Position numbers and translations under genes: made by a program. DNA of 64,000 nt from Nitrosopumilaceae archaeon (GTDB lineage: Archaea > Thermoproteota > Nitrososphaeria > Nitrososphaerales > Nitrosopumilaceae). The stretch is from positions 1,856,001-1,920,000 of the forward strand of contig CBDCCK010000002.1 of NCBI GenBank assembly GCA_965214835.1, in the 5' to 3' direction. Positions 42,345-55,211 of this stretch are shown here, piece by piece. The notes beneath the pieces are model-generated. The model saw only the letters and a list, made by a program, of their open reading frames with translations. It had not been told where the DNA came from and ran no database searches. Positions within the stretch are counted from its first letter, which is position 1. Each line of letters begins with the position of its first letter.

Positions 42345-45300
42345 TTACTTTTGGGAATGCTGGTCTGCGTCCCGTTGCACCTTGGCAGTTTCTAGTGCTG
42401 CCGACGGAATGCTGGCTTCTTTTGTCAGTATCTGCGTCAGGGTATCGCGAACTAGTTCCGGGGAATAGTGGGAATTGGCAAAGGCAAGGGAGTTTTTTGA
42501 GAGCGTATTCCACAAGGATTCATCAGTGTATGCTGAGATCGCCCTGTCTACAAATTCGGCAGGGTCGTCTCCAACCAACAGGATCTTGTCGTCATCTGAC
42601 ATACCCTCTGCCCCTATCGACGTCGTAACAACAGGCAACCCATACGCAAAGCTACTAGTGATCTTTCCCTTAATCCCGGCCCCATATGTCAGAGGAACCA
42701 GCATGATCCTGCAGCGGTTGAGGTGTCCCTCTATGTCCGGTAGGTATCCGAGAAAGGCGACGTTTTTGGTACCGGTGCACAGATCCCTGATCTTTTTGGA
42801 CGCATTGCTTCCTATAACGTACAGCCTGACATCGGGCAGGCGCTCTCTGATCTGTGGGAATATGCGACTTGTCAGATATTCAAGGGAATCTACATTTGGT
42901 GGGTGTGTAAACCCTCCCACAAACAGGAAATCCTTTCGTTTTTCAAACGGTACGGGACTCTTTTGTGGAATCTGCAGCGGCGGAATTACGGCGACCGACA
43001 GGCCGGGATCCTCGTTTAGCAGGAATCTTGCCTCCTTGAGGCTACGGACTATGACCATATCTGACTTGCCGATAAGAGACAATTCGCCTTTGCTGTTCCT
43101 GCTTGCAGCAGTTATCTGTGATGGGTCTTGGGACAGTACGGCCATCCTGTACTCGCGGACAAAGTGAAGATCCGTAGTGTCGTAGACTATCTTGCATCCT
43201 GGCGCGTGTCTTTTGAGACGGTCAAAATATCTTGCGGTGATATGAGGCCTTGAGGCAAAACAGACGTGAAAGGTCTCCTTGCGTCCTTTCAAAAACTCCT
43301 CAAAGTCGCGGTTTCCGTAGACGACCTCGATTCCCTTCTGCTGCAGCTCCGTAGCATATGGCTCTGTTCTGGCCAAGTTATCTGGCCAGAAGGTGACGTT
43401 GTGGTTCATGGATGCCAAGATTGAGATCACATAGTACGCAGTAAGCGAGCCCGCGTCGCGATCGTACTCTGGGACGAAGTGATCTATGTAGAGTATGTTG
43501 AGGCCGGCAGTGCGGTTCCTCTCAAAGAATACATTCTCCGGCGAGTCCGGATGCCTGCTTTGTATGATCCCTTCCCATTTTTTCATGTATCTATCCTTGT
43601 TTGTGACTTGGAATGACTTTATTCCCTGTGAGGTGTCGGTGCCTTGGGTCCTGCCTTCGTGGTGGATGAAACAGGCCATGGGCTGGTACAGGATGCTGTA
43701 TCCCTTTTGCCTGATGGCCTGGCAGAGGTCATTGTCCTCCCAGTAGGCAACGTCGTATCCGGAGTCGAACCCTCCGTTCTCCTCGAAGATCTCCCGCCTG
43801 ACCATCAGACATGCTCCAGAACAGTAGTCGACCTCCCTGACAAAGTTATACTCGGCCTTGTCCGGGTCGTCGCCTCTCCCGTAGTTCCATACGTTTCCGT
43901 TCCCCCAGACGATGCATCCGGCTTCCTGCAGGGTTCCGTCGGCAGACAGCAGCTTGCCTCCCACGGCACCCGTCCCCTCATTCAGGGCCAGCTTCAGCAT
44001 GGCCTCCAGCCAGTTCGGCGAGGCCACCTCCATATCGTCGTTTAGAAAAACCAGATATTCGCCCCGGGCACTCTTGGATGCATGGTTGTTGATTTTTGCA
44101 AAGGAGTATTCGCCATCATAAATCAGAACCTTGTGCCTGATCCCGTCAAGGTATCGCCGCATCTCCGAATCTCCATCTTTGTTGTTTGTGACAATGATGA
44201 TCTCATAGTTTTTGTATGTCGTCTTTGACTCTATAGACTCTAGGTTCTTTCTGAGATAATCGGTTTGGTTGAGGGTGGGGATGATTATGCTGACCTTTGG
44301 ATTTCTTGGAAGCGTGAGGATTTCTGCCGATCCTATCTGAATGTGCTCTCTCAGATCTTCGTCAGGCTCGGCGGGGTACTCGTTGCAGAATATCCTTGAG
44401 TTCAATTTGGGATCATCAAGTTTGATCGTCTCCGAGTATCGCCTGACTCTTTCGGACAGGATGTTGGTGGCAACATCCAAGGAGGGGGGGGGGGGAAGGC
44501 TGCTCCAAAGTGGCAAAACCCATGTCTGAGCTTCTAGAGCCTGAGCTGTTGCAACTAAGAGACTGAAGGAAACCGTTGAGAATTTTCTCACCTACCTTAA
44601 GAGAATGGTATCTATCAAAATACGTTTTTCCATTTTGGCTGAGCCTTAACCAAAGATTCTCATCATCAAGAAGAGTGAAGACTGCATCGGCAAACTCTTC
44701 TTCATTGCTTGCGACAAGAACATCTTTTTTGCTTTTTAATTCAGTGCCGGCAAGTCCTAGAGGCGTCGTAATGACTGGAACGTTGAAGTTTAAAGACTCT
44801 AAGATTTTACCTTTTATTCCACCTGCCACCATCATATATGCAATGGTGGCAACAGCTCCGTCGTAATAAGGGAAAAGATCCTTTACAAAACCGGAAAAAT
44901 GGATGTTAGAATTTTCCATTTTTGTTAGTTCTTTAGGCGGGTCATTGCCTACAAAATACATCTCTATTGCAGGCATTTTTTTGAGAATAAGTGGAAATAC
45001 GTCATCGATGATTTTTTTCGCGGACACCACGTTTGGGGTGTGAGAAAACCCACCCACAAAAAGAAGATACTTTCTCTCATTGAATTTTTTTACTGGCCTG
45101 GTATTTAAATGGCGAATGTCAGGAAGCAGTAAAAGTTTTTCGGAGGGAACAATTTTTTGTAACAGATTTATTTCTCGCTGGGTAATCACCATTAGGTGAT
45201 CAGAGATATTGGTGAAATCTCTACCAAATTTAGTTAGTGTGTCTAGTGCTTTTTGATCATCGTCAACTTGTATGTTTTTATCTTGACTAACCAACCTGCA

Positions 45301-48300
45301 AAATCCGTAGAGATCATCAATATGGAGTAGAATTTTTGTTTGGGGGGAAGTAGTTTTAGACTGATGAAGATATTGTTTGCATTGAACAGAAGACATTCTG
45401 TTTGTATTGATAACTATCAAATCATAGTAATTTTTTCGATCTTCAAGCAAGACGGACACATCAAAATTTTGTGCGGGGATTATTTCAATCCCCAAACGTC
45501 GTAATCCGTCATTATATTCTGAGGCGCCATAGTGGCTTACAAAAAGTGTAATTTTTGAATTTAGCTGAGAAAGCAATTTTAGAATATTATGCACGCGAAG
45601 ATCTCCTCCGCTCTTATCGTGTTCTGCTATCCGCCCATCAATTACAAGAATTCTAACCGAATCGCGCATGTCCCGGGCAAGTAAAACGTTAGAGTCCGAA
45701 GGGATGTGCTTTGTAGAAAGGGCTTCCTTCCAAGTTTTCTGGAATTTGGGGCGGTTGATTATCTCGAATCGCTTTGTACCGGAGGGATTTTGCGGATCCC
45801 TGGTTGAAGAAATTCCCTCATAGTGAACTATCGAAGAGAACGGAGTATACATGACACGTAGTGAGTTTTTGTGTGCGTTGAAACAAAGATCAACATCTTC
45901 ATAATATGCAGGAATGTATTTTTCGCTAAATTTGCCCAATTTCTCAAAAATACTTTTCTTTACTAGTAAACATGCGCCAGAAACATAATCGACATCTCTA
46001 ACAAAATTATATTCCGGTTTTAAATGATCATCATTTCTGCCATATGCTCGTGCTGATCCGTCATTCCAAATTATTGAACCTGCTTCCTGCAGACTGCCGT
46101 CAGGGTACAAGAACTTGGGTCCGACAATTCCAACTTTCTCATAATGTTCAAAAATATCAAGTAAAGACTCTAACCAATTTTTTAACACAAGAGTGTCGTT
46201 GTTTAAAAACAACAGGTATTTTCCAACCGCATGGCATGATGCAAAATTATTTCCGGCAATAAACCCCAAATTAGATTTTAAATCAAACGATTTTGTATTT
46301 TTAATTTGTTTTAAAAGAAGCTTACTTGCGTTTTCAGTACAGCCGTTGTTGATTAGTATTATCTCATAAGGGATTTTGGTGTTATGTAAAACAGACGCAA
46401 GGCAATTAAATGTATATGCGGCTTTGTTATGATTTAGTATAATTATAGAAACAATAGGCGAATCATGTTTTGGAAATGTTAGGACAGAGTTAGTGTTTGC
46501 GTATTCTAATTCTTCTCTAAATTGTTCAGCTACATTACTGCCTTCTATTTTGGGAATAAGAACCGGTTTGAATGTAAGTACTGAAGTTAAGCTAGATTTG
46601 TTCTTTTTAGCTATGAATTCCTCAATTAATTTTTTTAGACCATGGGTTTTGGTGATGTACAAGCTAGATTTCATCACGCGTAAAAACTCGCCACTCCTAG
46701 TATTTGGCTTGAAAGTTCTATCTAGACTATTTGTAAATCCATTAAGAAATGAGAAAATCAGTGAGCTGTTGATTTGTTCTAATTCATATGCCAACGAATT
46801 ATATTTTGATTGTAATTCTGCCAACTCGGAGTTTTTGTAAGTAATCTGCTCTTTTAGAGAAGGTACACGCAAGTTTTTCGCGTCAACCTCTGCCTGTAGC
46901 CTCTTGACCATAGTGCCCAGCTCGGCCTTGTCGCCCTCCAGCGTGTCGACCTGCCTGCCCAGCTCGGCCTTGTCGCCCTCCAGCGTGTCGACCTGCCTGC
47001 CCAGCTCGGCCTTGTCGCCCTCCAGCGTGTCGACCTGCCTGCCCAGCTCGGCCTTGTCGCCCTCCAGCGTGTCGACCTGCCTGCCCAGCTCGGCCTTGTC
47101 GCCCTCCAGCGTGTCGACCTGCCTGCCCAGCTCGGCCTTGTCGCCCTCCAGCGTGTCGACCTGCCTGCCCAGCTCGGCCTTGTCGCCCTCCAGCGTGTCG
47201 ACCTGCCTGCCCAGCTCGGCCTCGACCTGCCTGTCTTGTCGCCCTCCAGCGTGTCGACCTGCCTGCCCAGCTCGGCCTTGTCGCCCTCCAGCGTGTCGAC
47301 CTGCCTGCCCAGCTCGGCCTTGTGCCTGCCCAGCTCGGCCTCCCTGTCTTGCAGCTTGGATGCCAGTGAGGAAGATTCTTCCGCTAGCCGAAATGAAGAA
47401 AGCAGTGATTCGTAATAGTGCTTGTATTTTCTTAGTTTCACCTTGTGAGAATCCGTGGAATCATCTGAAATTGCCCATTCGAGGAGGCGTGTGTAATCTC
47501 CGTTCTTGACTTCCGGAAAGGCCTTCCGCAGATCCGGTCTCAAGCGGTATATTTTCAATAGTTCGTCTAGCTCGATCTTGTAGCTCTCCAGATCGATCCG
47601 GCTTGGCTGTTGATCAGATATACTGGCCTCTTCAACTCGCATTTTCTGCATCTGTGATCTGATAAATTCACTTGAATTTTCTTCATGTGTGTTTTTATAG
47701 CAAATTTGCAACAGATCAAGAGCAGCTGCGTCGGTTGTGATAATCAGCGAGAGCTCTAACCACACCATTGCATTTTCAAATTTGCCACTGTCCATCAACA
47801 CATTGCCCTGCAACAGGTATCTTGCGTGATCGCTTTTATCGTGTTCAATCATTCGATCTAAGATCTTGGAACACTCGTGGTATTCCTGCAAGTTATACAG
47901 GCAGTTTGCACATCCCTCCAAGGCTGGAATGTATCCCCAATCTGTTTCAAGTATGCCCCTGTAAATTCTTAGTGCATCTGTCCACTTTGATGACTCTGCC
48001 AGCTTGTCTGCGTTGTAAAGATCTAGCAACACTTGGTTCTTTGTTAGACAATACTTTGTAGTTATATGTTTATAGACAAAGTCCTTGTTTTTCTCCATCA
48101 GTATGCTGGAGTTGCGCGTCGAGCCCTGCGTGTTGATCCAGTATTCTCCAGTGGCTTTTGGAACTCGCACAAAATAGGCGTGCTTGGAAAACCTCCTTAG
48201 AACGTCCCAGTCCTCCCAAAAATCTAGTGCCTCATCATACCTCTCAACCTTGGACAGCTCCTTTCTGTGCACCACCGCAAAATTGGGTATGAAGTTGTCC

Positions 48301-49553
48301 TGATCTACTGGATCATATCTCGCATTCTTCAGCTTCTTCAGCTTCTTTTCGATCGGAATCTGCACCCCGTCCTCATTCACCATACAGTTGACTTGGACGT
48401 AATCCGCATATACGAGCATCCTAGACTCAAATCTGACAAGCTCCCCCACGGTAACCTCCAGATGATCCGGATACAGCCTGTCATCGTCATCTAGATACGC
48501 AATGAGCTCGCCTCCAGCTGCTGTATCTATTGCATAGTTGTTGGCATAGGACTTGCCCCTGTGTTCTTCTAGCCTGATATACCTGATCCTAGGATCCTCA
48601 AACCCGTCAATTATACCCTTGATGTCCCTTCCCCCATCATTGACTATAATCAACTCGAAATTCTCATACGTCTGCGACAATACCGACCTTATCGCAAGTG
48701 GGATTATGGATTCCCTGTCTCGTGTGGCCATTATTACAGAAACAAGCGGGCTTTTGGGCGGCTTGGACGGGACTTGGCCTCCGCCTCGTGGCACCCACTT
48801 TCGCAGGAAATAGTCCTTGTTCTTCTGATCCACAAACGGTGATCTCAAGTCCGGATCCCCGGCGTGCGTAGGATCACCGGTATCGGTGCGGTAGACAAAG
48901 ACGTCCCTAGCAACCAGGATCGTCCCCCCAGCCTCCCGTATCCGCCTGCAATAGTCGTCATCATACAGCGGCCCGAAGCTGAATCCCTCGTCCAAGGGCC
49001 CTATGTCGGCTACAATCTTTGATCTTGCCACCATACAAAAGCCCCCGACCCGGTGGTATTTGGCCGTCAGACCCTCATACTTGGCGTGAAAGTCCCTGCC
49101 GTATTCGGCAATATGCACGGGATCGGATCCCACGCCGCACGAATAGTCGCACTGCATGACACCTGCCGAGTTGCTCATGGGCCCGACCGCCCCCGCATCC
49201 GGGTTGCCCTCAAGGTGTCCCACGAGCGTGTCCAGCCAGCCCGGGGTCACGATGACGCTGCTGTCCAGCCAGACGGCATACCTAGCGCGAATCTTTTCCA
49301 GTCCCTGATTCATGGCCCTTACGAACCCGGCGTCTTTTTTGTTTCTGATCAGTACCGAGCCGTCAAACCTTTTGAGGTACTGCAAGGTTCCGTCCGTCGA
49401 GCCGTTGTCTACGAATATGTACCTGTAGGATATGGCGCCTTTGCTTGCCTCTACGCTCTCGATACACCTTTTTGTGCCATCCAGATCGTTACGGGTCACG
49501 ATGATGATGTCGCACGTAGACGGTGTGCTCATATCAATGAAAAAAGGCTCCAC
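42345..49553 (-). CDS. Giant multi-domain glycosyltransferase (GT2-GT2-TPR-RPDL domain-coiled coil-GT2-GT4-GT2-GT4), split into three ORFs by two frameshifts
   Basis: GT2 motifs 'DIIIVT', 'VSVIMAT..YLDDDD', 'LFLNND' and 'VFLNDD'; GT4 motif 'FVGGF.H.PN'. The frames join at 47221-47235 and at the G12 run 44484-44495. Confidence 0.85.
46918..47340 (-). repeat. 42-bp tandem array encoding (AELGRQVDTLEGDK)n, a coiled coil
   Basis: Seven perfect units, one unit with 14 extra nt, one more perfect unit and two half-units. Confidence 0.95.
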
Positions 49554-49741
49554 GTATTAATAACATACTGCATGCCCAGTCTTCCCAGAAGTACCGCATA
49601 AAATCATCCCGGGCCAGAAACAATTCAGATGAGGATGCCTGCAGATCTGCATGTCACCTACTGCACTGCCGTGAGTCGGTTACTTCTGGGAAGACTGACT
49701 ATTACAGTCTAATATATATTGATATTTTTGGAAGCTCTGTT

Positions 49742-52239
49742 GTGCCCAACCTATTTTCAGATCTAATTCGTCAACAGACCTTATGCGTAATCGACCGGAT
49801 CGAAATATTCCGACGGTGGCCGGCCATACATGCAAGGCTGACGGCATCACATGACGTGTATGAGGGCGGCAGAGTCCGTATATAGTGCAGCTACGAGCCA
49901 TTACAGCTGGTAAAAACTACAGTATAGTGCGGCATCGTGTGGCGCCGCAATGCGCTCCGTATCGTGGTATCAGAACCCATGCATGAGCTTCTTGTTCCGC
50001 TTGTCCCACAGCAGCCTAAAGTTGGCAAGCCCGGCCGTCACCTGGAACTCCCTGTCGAACTCCTCGGCGGTCCCGTCGTACGGATCACGCATCCGCTTGT
50101 ACTGCTTTATCCGTCCTATGGCGTGCTCTACTGTCACCCTCTTGCTGCTTATCCTCCTGTTCTGCGCTTTCTGTTTCTTTGTAAGCTTGCCTTTCCTTGG
50201 CTTCTTGTCGGGCTGCACGGATGTGGCCCCGGGATACACCTCCTCGATTCCCATGTATCCCAGATCAGAGAACATCTTTACCTTCTCGTCCTCGGGGTGC
50301 TTTCTGTTGCTGCGCATCCTGGCAGTCAGGATTCCCAGATCCGGTGGGTTGTTCTTTATCATGGTGAGGTCGTGCGTGCTTCCGGGCGCCGACTTGCTTG
50401 CATACATCGCCAGTCCCTTCTTGTCGGCAATCACCTGGGTGTTGCGCGTAAAGCTCTTCTTCTTGCCAGAGTATGCCTCCTTTCTTGGCTCCTTGTCTGT
50501 GGGGCGCTGTATGTCGATGTGCGTGCCGTCTACAATCACGGTCAGATCCGGGACGATCTTCTTGACTTCCTTGATCGTGCGGGCGTTTCGTATCTTTCGC
50601 GATACGGCGTCCGGCGTGGGCAGTATCTTGGTGAATATCATGTCGCAATACCTGAGGTACCTGCATACGGTGCTCTGGTCTATGCCAAAGAATGCCGCAA
50701 GCTGCTCCTGTGTCGGGTTTCCGTACTTGCGCATCAGCGACATCAGCAGGGCGTGGCGGTAGGACAGCTTGCACCGGTTTCCGGGCAAGTTGTCCTCGTC
50801 TTCTGAGAACAGGGGGCCTTCTGTGTGCTTTTTGGCAAGCTTCGTAAACCGGTCATATATGTAGTCAAACTGGCGGAGGTTCATCGACGTGGTGGGCTGC
50901 AGGGACCCGCCACCGATTATGTCATCGAGCACCTCGAGCCTGTGCATGAGGGCGGCGTTGTCCGCGGAGCGCCTGTCGTCATCCCAGGTTGCGGGCCACA
51001 TCCGGCGCTCGGCGTCCAGCTGCTGTTCCAGCTGCCCTATCCTCTCCTGATCCCGCTCCTGCCTCCTGCCGTCCTGCCTGCTCTTCTTCTCGTACTCTCT
51101 GATCTCCTTCCTGTACTGCATCCTCTCCGTCCTGTCCCGCGCCTTCTCCTTCCTGTCCTGCCTGCTCTTCTTCTCGTGCCTCTTGATCCTCTTCTCATAC
51201 TTCTTGATCTTCTTTTTGTCCCGCGCCTTCTCCTTCCTGTCCTGTACCTTCTCCTTCTCGTACTGCTCGATTCTCTTCTTCAGCAGTCGTATCTGCTCGG
51301 TCTCGGACTTTGCCATTACTCTTATGCGAGAATGGATCCCGGATCTAAATCAATCGTCTGAAAATAGTTGTGGTTTTGATCAAATATTTTCAACGTTGTA
51401 AGGTACAGTCGCGCGTGCGCCGGCCCTGACTTGCCTCATTTGTAGCCCGTGCGCCGGGGGCATCGCCGCTAATTTCGTTTACGCATAAGGTCTAACGAAC
51501 AATCGTATTTTCATTGGCTATTACTGATGTAAAATTGCGATACAAAAATTCGGCTCTGGGGTTTTTCTGGACATTTCTAGAACCTGTATTGATGCTAGGA
51601 ATACTCTATGTTGTATTTAGCAATATTTTGCGAAGTGAGATTGAACACTACCCGATGTACTTGCTGATCGGGCTGGTATTTTGGTATATGTTTTCAAGAG
51701 CTACAACTGCTGGAATGACAAGCTTGCAAGACAAATCGTTTATAATCCAAAAAACATCTTTACGTCGTGAAATTATTGTTATTAGTTCTACGCTTACCGC
51801 TTTCATAATGATGATGTTTGAACTGTTGGCGTTTGGTGTATTTGTAATAATTTTTCAATTTGTTCCGCCATTAACAATATCGTTCTTGCCTATTTTACTA
51901 CTGGAGATACTCGTTTTATCTCTAGGCATAGCGTTCATCCTCTCTATTCTTAATGTTTATTTTAGAGATATTCGCTTTATTTGGCAAGTGATTCTTCAGG
52001 CGTCTTTCTTTCTTTCTCCCATAATCTATACACTTGACATGTTTCCTGAAACCATTCGTGGTATATTGGAAATTAACCCCTTCGTCCACATGTTAAACAT
52101 AACTCATAGTTTAGTACTGTATGGAACAACGCCCGAATTAAATTCCTTGTTTTACCTGATATCCACCACTGGAGCTCTGCTGGTGTTTGGATACTATTTA
52201 TTTAAATCAAAAGGGAAAAAAATTGCGGAGAAAATATAA
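49742..52239 (+). pseudogene. wzm: Polysaccharide ABC exporter permease, interrupted in codon 12 by the IS5 element
   Basis: 'KLRYKNSALGFFWTFLEP' and 'FRDI..IW'. Removing the IS gives MPNLFSDLIRQRTIVFSLAITD. Confidence 0.85.
49776..51493 (-). mobile_element. IS5-family (DDE_Tnp_4) element with an intact 448-aa transposase (49970-51316) carrying a charged N-terminal extension
   Basis: TIR AGACCTTATGCGTAA, AAC duplication, motifs 'VDGTH', 'YSGKKK', 'DLGYMG' and 'RVTVEHAIGRIK'. Confidence 0.92.
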
Positions 52240-52985
52240 TGTCTGAAAGCATTGCTTTAAGATTAGAAAATGTTTCAAAAACATTTCGTATTCGATCAAA
52301 TAAAGACAGTACACTGTTTGAATTTTTAACCTCTTTTTGGAAAAATAATGTTGATGAAGAATTGAAAGTTTTACAAAATATCAACCTAACTATTCACAAG
52401 GGTGAGACATTAGGAATATTGGGTCTTAACGGAGCTGGAAAAAGCACACTATTAAAAATTTTAGCACAAATCTACGCTCCTGACTCTGGAACATTGCACG
52501 TTAATGGGAAATTAACCCCTTTCTTGGATCTAGGTACTGGATTTAATGGAGAGCTTTCTGCACGAGAAAATGTTTATGTTTATGGCATATTGTTAGGATT
52601 ATCAAAGAAACAAATTACTGATAAAATAGGTGACATTTTTGAGTATGCAGAACTTGAAAAATTCAAAAACACAAAATTGAAGAATTTTTCTTCTGGCATG
52701 GTGGCAAGATTGGCATTTTCGACAGCTATTACCGTTGATCCTGATGTCCTGTTGGTTGACGAAGTTCTGGCAGTCGGCGATGCACTATTTCGCCAAAAAA
52801 GCTACAAAGCATTTTTAGACTTTAAACAGAAAAACAAAACAATAATTATTGTCTCTCACTCAGTAACCCAAATTCAAGATCTGTGTGACCGAGCAATACT
52901 ACTTTTCAACGGAAAAATTATTTCTGACGGTGTTCCTGATGTTGTTGCTAAAGAATATGCAAAACTAATTGACACTAAATCGTAA
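52239..52985 (+). CDS. wzt: Polysaccharide ABC exporter ATPase without a C-terminal carbohydrate-binding domain
   Basis: GLNGAGKST, FSSGM and VDEVLAVGD; 248 aa. Confidence 0.92.
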   Translation: MSESIALRLENVSKTFRIRSNKDSTLFEFLTSFWKNNVDEELKVLQNINLTIHKGETLGILGLNGAGKSTLLKILAQIYAPDSGTLHVNGKLTPFLDLGTGFNGELSARENVYVYGILLGLSKKQITDKIGDIFEYAELEKFKNTKLKNFSSGMVARLAFSTAITVDPDVLLVDEVLAVGDALFRQKSYKAFLDFKQKNKTIIIVSHSVTQIQDLCDRAILLFNGKIISDGVPDVVAKEYAKLIDTKS

Positions 52986-53047
52986 TTACGTTGTTGCGTT
53001 TTAACCACGGGTGTGAGGTCACGTAGTATTCACGGCTACCGTATGAG

Positions 53048-53303
53048 ACGTTATATCAAACCTTATCTGTAGCGGACGCCATATTATCCGTGTTGGGCCC
53101 AAGAGCCCAAGTAAACTTGCCACATATGAGGGCGTGTAAGAGACTGGCTCAGAGTAGGCGGACAACGAAATGCCACATCATCGAGGGCGAATGGGAGTTT
53201 TCCGTTCAGTTGGGCACACACACTTTGATCAACATGGAGGTGATATCATGATCAACATAGGAATAGACGTTCATAAGAAGACATGTATGGTAACCATCAA
53301 AGA
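53048..53303 (+). mobile_element. IS110 subfamily-A left end with a ~200-nt non-coding region and the transposase start
   Basis: GGAGGTG RBS followed by 'MINIGIDVHKKTCMVTIKE'. A second A-type left end starts at 53311. Confidence 0.8.
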
Positions 53304-53569
53304 GTAAGAGACGTTATATCAAACCTTATCTGTAGCTAGTTTGTTGCATAACCCTTCCTAAAATTTGAAATCTGACCGAAAATCACCAAAATGATCAACT
53401 AATCCTTACCGAAAAAGTAATGGATCATGAGGATGCCTCGTATGGTATACATTGACACAAACAGACAATGCAAAGTACGTAAAGAGGGGGGCAGGCCTAT
53501 ACTGACGATCATTGAAAATTTCGCCTGATTACACGTCTTGTGAAGGTTTATAGACGCTATATGAAATCT

Positions 53570-53735
53570 TATCTGTATCCTGTGATATACAATTACCGTT
53601 GGGCCTGAGAGTCGATGTGATCTTACCATGTACAAGGGTGTTTTATAGACTGACTCGTAACAGCAGGCGGAAAGCAATATACCGCGCAGACGGTGAATGG
53701 GAGATTCCGCCCGGATCAGGCATTTTGATCAAAAA
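53570..53735 (+). ncRNA. Putative bridge/seek RNA region (homologs at ~53065-53235 and ~61485-61650, the latter on the - strand); boundaries approximate
   Basis: Conserved non-coding leader containing TTTATAG (equal to the target flank plus core) and ATGGGAG (equal to the right end plus core). Confidence 0.6.
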
Positions 53736-53958
53736 GGAGGTGATAACATGATCAACTCGGCCACAGCAGTACGAAACGACTCAAGACTTGGTTCTATATA
53801 TGAAAGGATAAGAAAGAGACGAGGATGGCAAAAGGCAAAGATTGTAGTTGCAAGGCACATGCTGGAGATAATCTGGCACATGCTGACCACCGGGGAGGAG
53901 TACCGCACTCAGAGCAAGACTCTCACGCAGAGAAAGTATAAGAGAATGCATCGCATAG

Positions 53959-55211
53959 TGATCTGGACCCCGTATTTTCGAACCACTTTTTGGGCGTTTT
54001 TGCGTAGCTCTGGCATCATCATTTGCCTGCCTCCCTTTGGTGCCGTACGACGAACTCCATCGGAGTGAGATATCCAAGTGAGGAGTGTATTCTGTCATGG
54101 TTATAGTCCCTAAATGCCTCCCTTATGACGTCTGAGGCGTCCTGGAAGGAGTCAAATTCATGGGGCCACAGGTATTCCCTCTTGATGCTTCCGTGAAACG
54201 ACTCTATGTGGCCGTTTTGTTCTGGCGTCCTGTATGCTATGAGCTCGTGTCTTATTCCCAGCTGTTTCAGGGACTCCCTGAACATGCGCGACGTATACTG
54301 AGAACCGTTGTCTGTCCGCAGGGTCAGCATGCTGCAGTCCGGATCTGCTGCCGATACCGCATCGAGTACGGCCTGAACCGCATTCTCCTTTTGCGCCGTG
54401 GTATCAAAGGAGTATGCAAGCCACCTGCGCGAAAAGGCATCAAGTACGTTGAAACAGTAGCACCAGCCGTCCCCGCCGCAGTCCACGTATGTGATGTCTG
54501 CCTGCCACAGCCGGTTGGGGGCATCTGGCCTTGTAAGCTTGCGCGAGGCCCGTATTATGTCGTTTTTGGTCTTTTTGGGCTCGATCCAGCCTATCTGGCG
54601 GTAGATTCGCTGTATCTTTTTGCGGTTTACGCGCACGCCAGTCTCGCGCAATATCTGGTTTGCCATCCTCCGGGTTCCGTACGTCGGCCTTTTCTTGCCT
54701 ATGGTACGTATGATTGAGACCGTCCCGGGGTCGGCTTTTCTGGCTCGTCTGTCGGCGTCCTTCCTGGCGTAATACCAGGTGCCCTTTGAGACGCCGCAGT
54801 ATTCCAGGGCTGTATTGAGGCTCATCTTCTGGTGGCAGATCTGTACGGCATTCATCCTTTGCTCAGCTCCATTGTTTTTTTTAAAGCGTCACAGGCCACT
54901 GCATACTCGCCTATGATGCGTTTGAGATTCTGGTTCTCCTTTTGCAGGGCAGCCGCTGCCTTGTCATTCCGGCCCAGGATGGATGCCTTGCCGCCCTCGA
55001 CGAACCTGTCCATCCACCTGCCAAACGTGGTGGGCGCGATGTTGTGCTTGCGGCACAGCTCGGCAGTGCTGATGCTGGTCTTGATGGACTCCATCACTAT
55101 GTCTGTTTTTTCGGCCAATGTGAACTTTTGTTTTTTCATGCCCCGTATGCCCTCCTGTCACATACAAATTCTACGCATTTGGGTGGTTCGAATTTTATGG
55201 GGTCCTCACCA
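53959..55211 (-). mobile_element. IS3-family element, intact (orfA 54852-55139, orfB 54019-54855)
   Basis: TG...CA TIRs, ATAG duplication, A8 slippery site, motifs 'WQADIT', 'TDNGSQY' and 'NGHIESF'. Confidence 0.92.

Noticed and set aside
46918-47340. 42-bp array as a CRISPR array or iterons
   Set aside because: The units are contiguous without spacers and encode heptad repeats in frame.
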